64,000 bases of DNA from Geosiphon pyriformis uo1 (lineage: Eukaryota > Fungi > Glomeromycota), in the NCBI GenBank assembly GCA_016748015.1, contig JAAOMT010000299.1, forward strand, positions 186,001-250,000. The letters are read 5' to 3'. The notes under the pieces were generated by a model, which saw only the letters and a program-made list of their open reading frames with translations, ran no database searches and was not told the DNA's origin. Below are positions 62,389 to 64,000 of this stretch, piece by piece (position 1 is the stretch's first letter; each line of letters begins with the position of its first letter). The position numbers and the translations under genes were made by a program.

Positions 62389-63774
62389 ATAAACCCCGAA
62401 AACTACAACAATCTCAAACAATATTTAGAGACATTAACAATCCCAACAGATTGGTCCCCAGATGAAAAACATCAGTTACAACAACAAACCAAACAATATT
62501 TTCTACACAACAACATTATCTATCATCAAAATTTCAAAAACCCAACCAAACCACTCAGATTAATACAAAAACAAGAAAAAGAGACCATTTTATACAATAT
62601 GTACTCAGATCTTTCATCAGCACACTTTGGAAAAGATAGCACCACCCAAAAAACACTAGAATACTACTTTTGGCCTCGAATGAGAAAAGACATTCATGAA
62701 TATGTTGAATCTTGTGATAGTTGTCAAAGAAGAGAAGGAACTCGCCCTACAGAACCTTTAAATCCAATCAAAGTTGGACAGCCTTTTGACAGAGTTGGTA
62801 TCAATTTAGTTGGACCACTATCTATTACCACTCAAGGAAACCGTTATATTGCAGTAGCTGTAGACTATCTTACTAAATGGCCTAAAGCCAGAGCCATTCA
62901 ACGAGCAGATGCAAAATTAGTAGCAAATTTCATCTACGAAGACATCATTTGTAGACATGGATGTCCAATTGAACTTTTATCCAATCAGAGAACACACTTT
63001 GTAAACAACCTGATACAAGAAATTTGTGAACGATTCAGTGTCAAAAGACCTCTGTCTTTGTCCTACCATCCACAAACAAACAGACTTGTGGAACGTTTTA
63101 ACAGAACATTGTGTGAGTCCTTAGCCAAAGTCTCAACCGATTTTGAGCAAGAATGGGATCTCTTTATTCCATCAGTGTTACTAGCATATAAGACATTAAA
63201 ACAAGATACCATGAAACACACACCATTTGATTTAACTTATGGAAGGATGGTAACATTACCAATTAGTTTTACAGTGGAAACATACCCAGCACAACCGATT
63301 GATGAAAACAATTTCTAAAAAACACTTCAGCAAAGAGCCTACACTCTGCTTAATACATTGGAAGGAAAACGACAAATAGCAGCCACCCATATTGAACACT
63401 CCCAAGCTCAACAAAAAGAACGGCATGATGACAAATTGCCTTCAGTCACCAATAAATTCAAAATTGGAAACAAAGTTCTCTTACACAAAACTAAAACTGA
63501 AAAACAATGAAGTGGAAAATTTGAAAATAAATGGAATAGACCATTTTTTATCCATGAAGTCCTAAGCAATGGATCATATAAGCTAAGACTTGATAACAAA
63601 ATCCTAGCAAAAGTTACACATGGAGATCGTTTGAAACACTATTATTCCAGAAACAATCTTGAACCATTAATTCCACAAATTGGTACATATTCCCTTTTGA
63701 TCAGTCCCGAAGATATTCCCTGAAACTTAGAACCAATATTTGTCATTGAACAACCTTCCAACCTGAACACTTAA
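62389..63774 (+). pseudogene. Gypsy B6 stand-alone integrase ORF (start ATG mutated to ATA)
   Basis: AHFGKD...CDSC...VGINLVGPL...LVERFN...KWNRPF...NGSYKL; 462-codon span in one frame, with a few stops. Confidence 0.88.
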
Positions 63775-64000
63775 TTTAATTTTACTAGTTATTCTCCTAT
63801 AATTTAGAACAATCTCACAAAAACAAAACAAAAATAACATAAAAACCCATAAACCAAAAATAAATTTTTATTTTTTTCAAGTGCTTATAATGACTATTCC
63901 TTAAAACATTCAACAATTATTCCAAAAACTAATGTTAGCTTTAAAAACAATACCTGAATTATCCATTACTGTTACTGAAAACCACATAAATTATACCCAA

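Larger units (their letters stand above)
55846..64000 (+). mobile_element. Ty3/Gypsy family B copy 6 (runs off the window end), nested in C5
   Basis: 5' LTR at 55846-56824 matching the B4 LTRs; PBS TGGTGCTCTCT at 56827-56837; internal region colinear with B4; ORF3 starts at 63890. Confidence 0.94.

Noticed and set aside
63600-63774. Chromodomain at the integrase C-terminus
   Set aside because: After the GPF/Y-type motif only a short tail (…LEPIFVIE…) remains; no aromatic-cage chromodomain pattern

Overview
Eukaryotic, AT-rich fungal DNA. Short introns, an F-box/LRR gene type and the TE families suggest Glomeromycota, possibly Geosiphon-like (inference). About 80% of the window is nested, decayed retroelements around a compact four-gene host island at ~41-49 kb: N-myristoyltransferase (8 exons), an F-box/LRR protein, a LACTB2-like metallo-beta-lactamase and a DIPP/Ddp1-type Nudix hydrolase. 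Six Ty3/Gypsy copies from three related families (A, B, C) and three LINE-type elements can be delimited by LTR termini (TGTTAC...GTAACA), PBS, PPT and 4-bp TSDs. The main observation is the unusual architecture these Gypsy families share. ORF1 is a single Gag-PR-[Cys-rich unknown domain]-dUTPase-RT-RNaseH polyprotein that stops after RNase H and may start at a GUG. ORF2 is a stand-alone ~460-aa GIN1/Ginger-like integrase with its own ATG. ORF3 is a conserved ~210-225-aa non-env protein of unknown function ending at the PPT. Secondary observations are a possible membrane-tail-anchored isoform of the Nudix polyphosphatase, an ORF1-only (HAL1-like) LINE derivative, and a strong C>T/G>A decay confined to repeats. 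Three N gaps limit parts of two copies. All analysis was by eye; no database searches were run.
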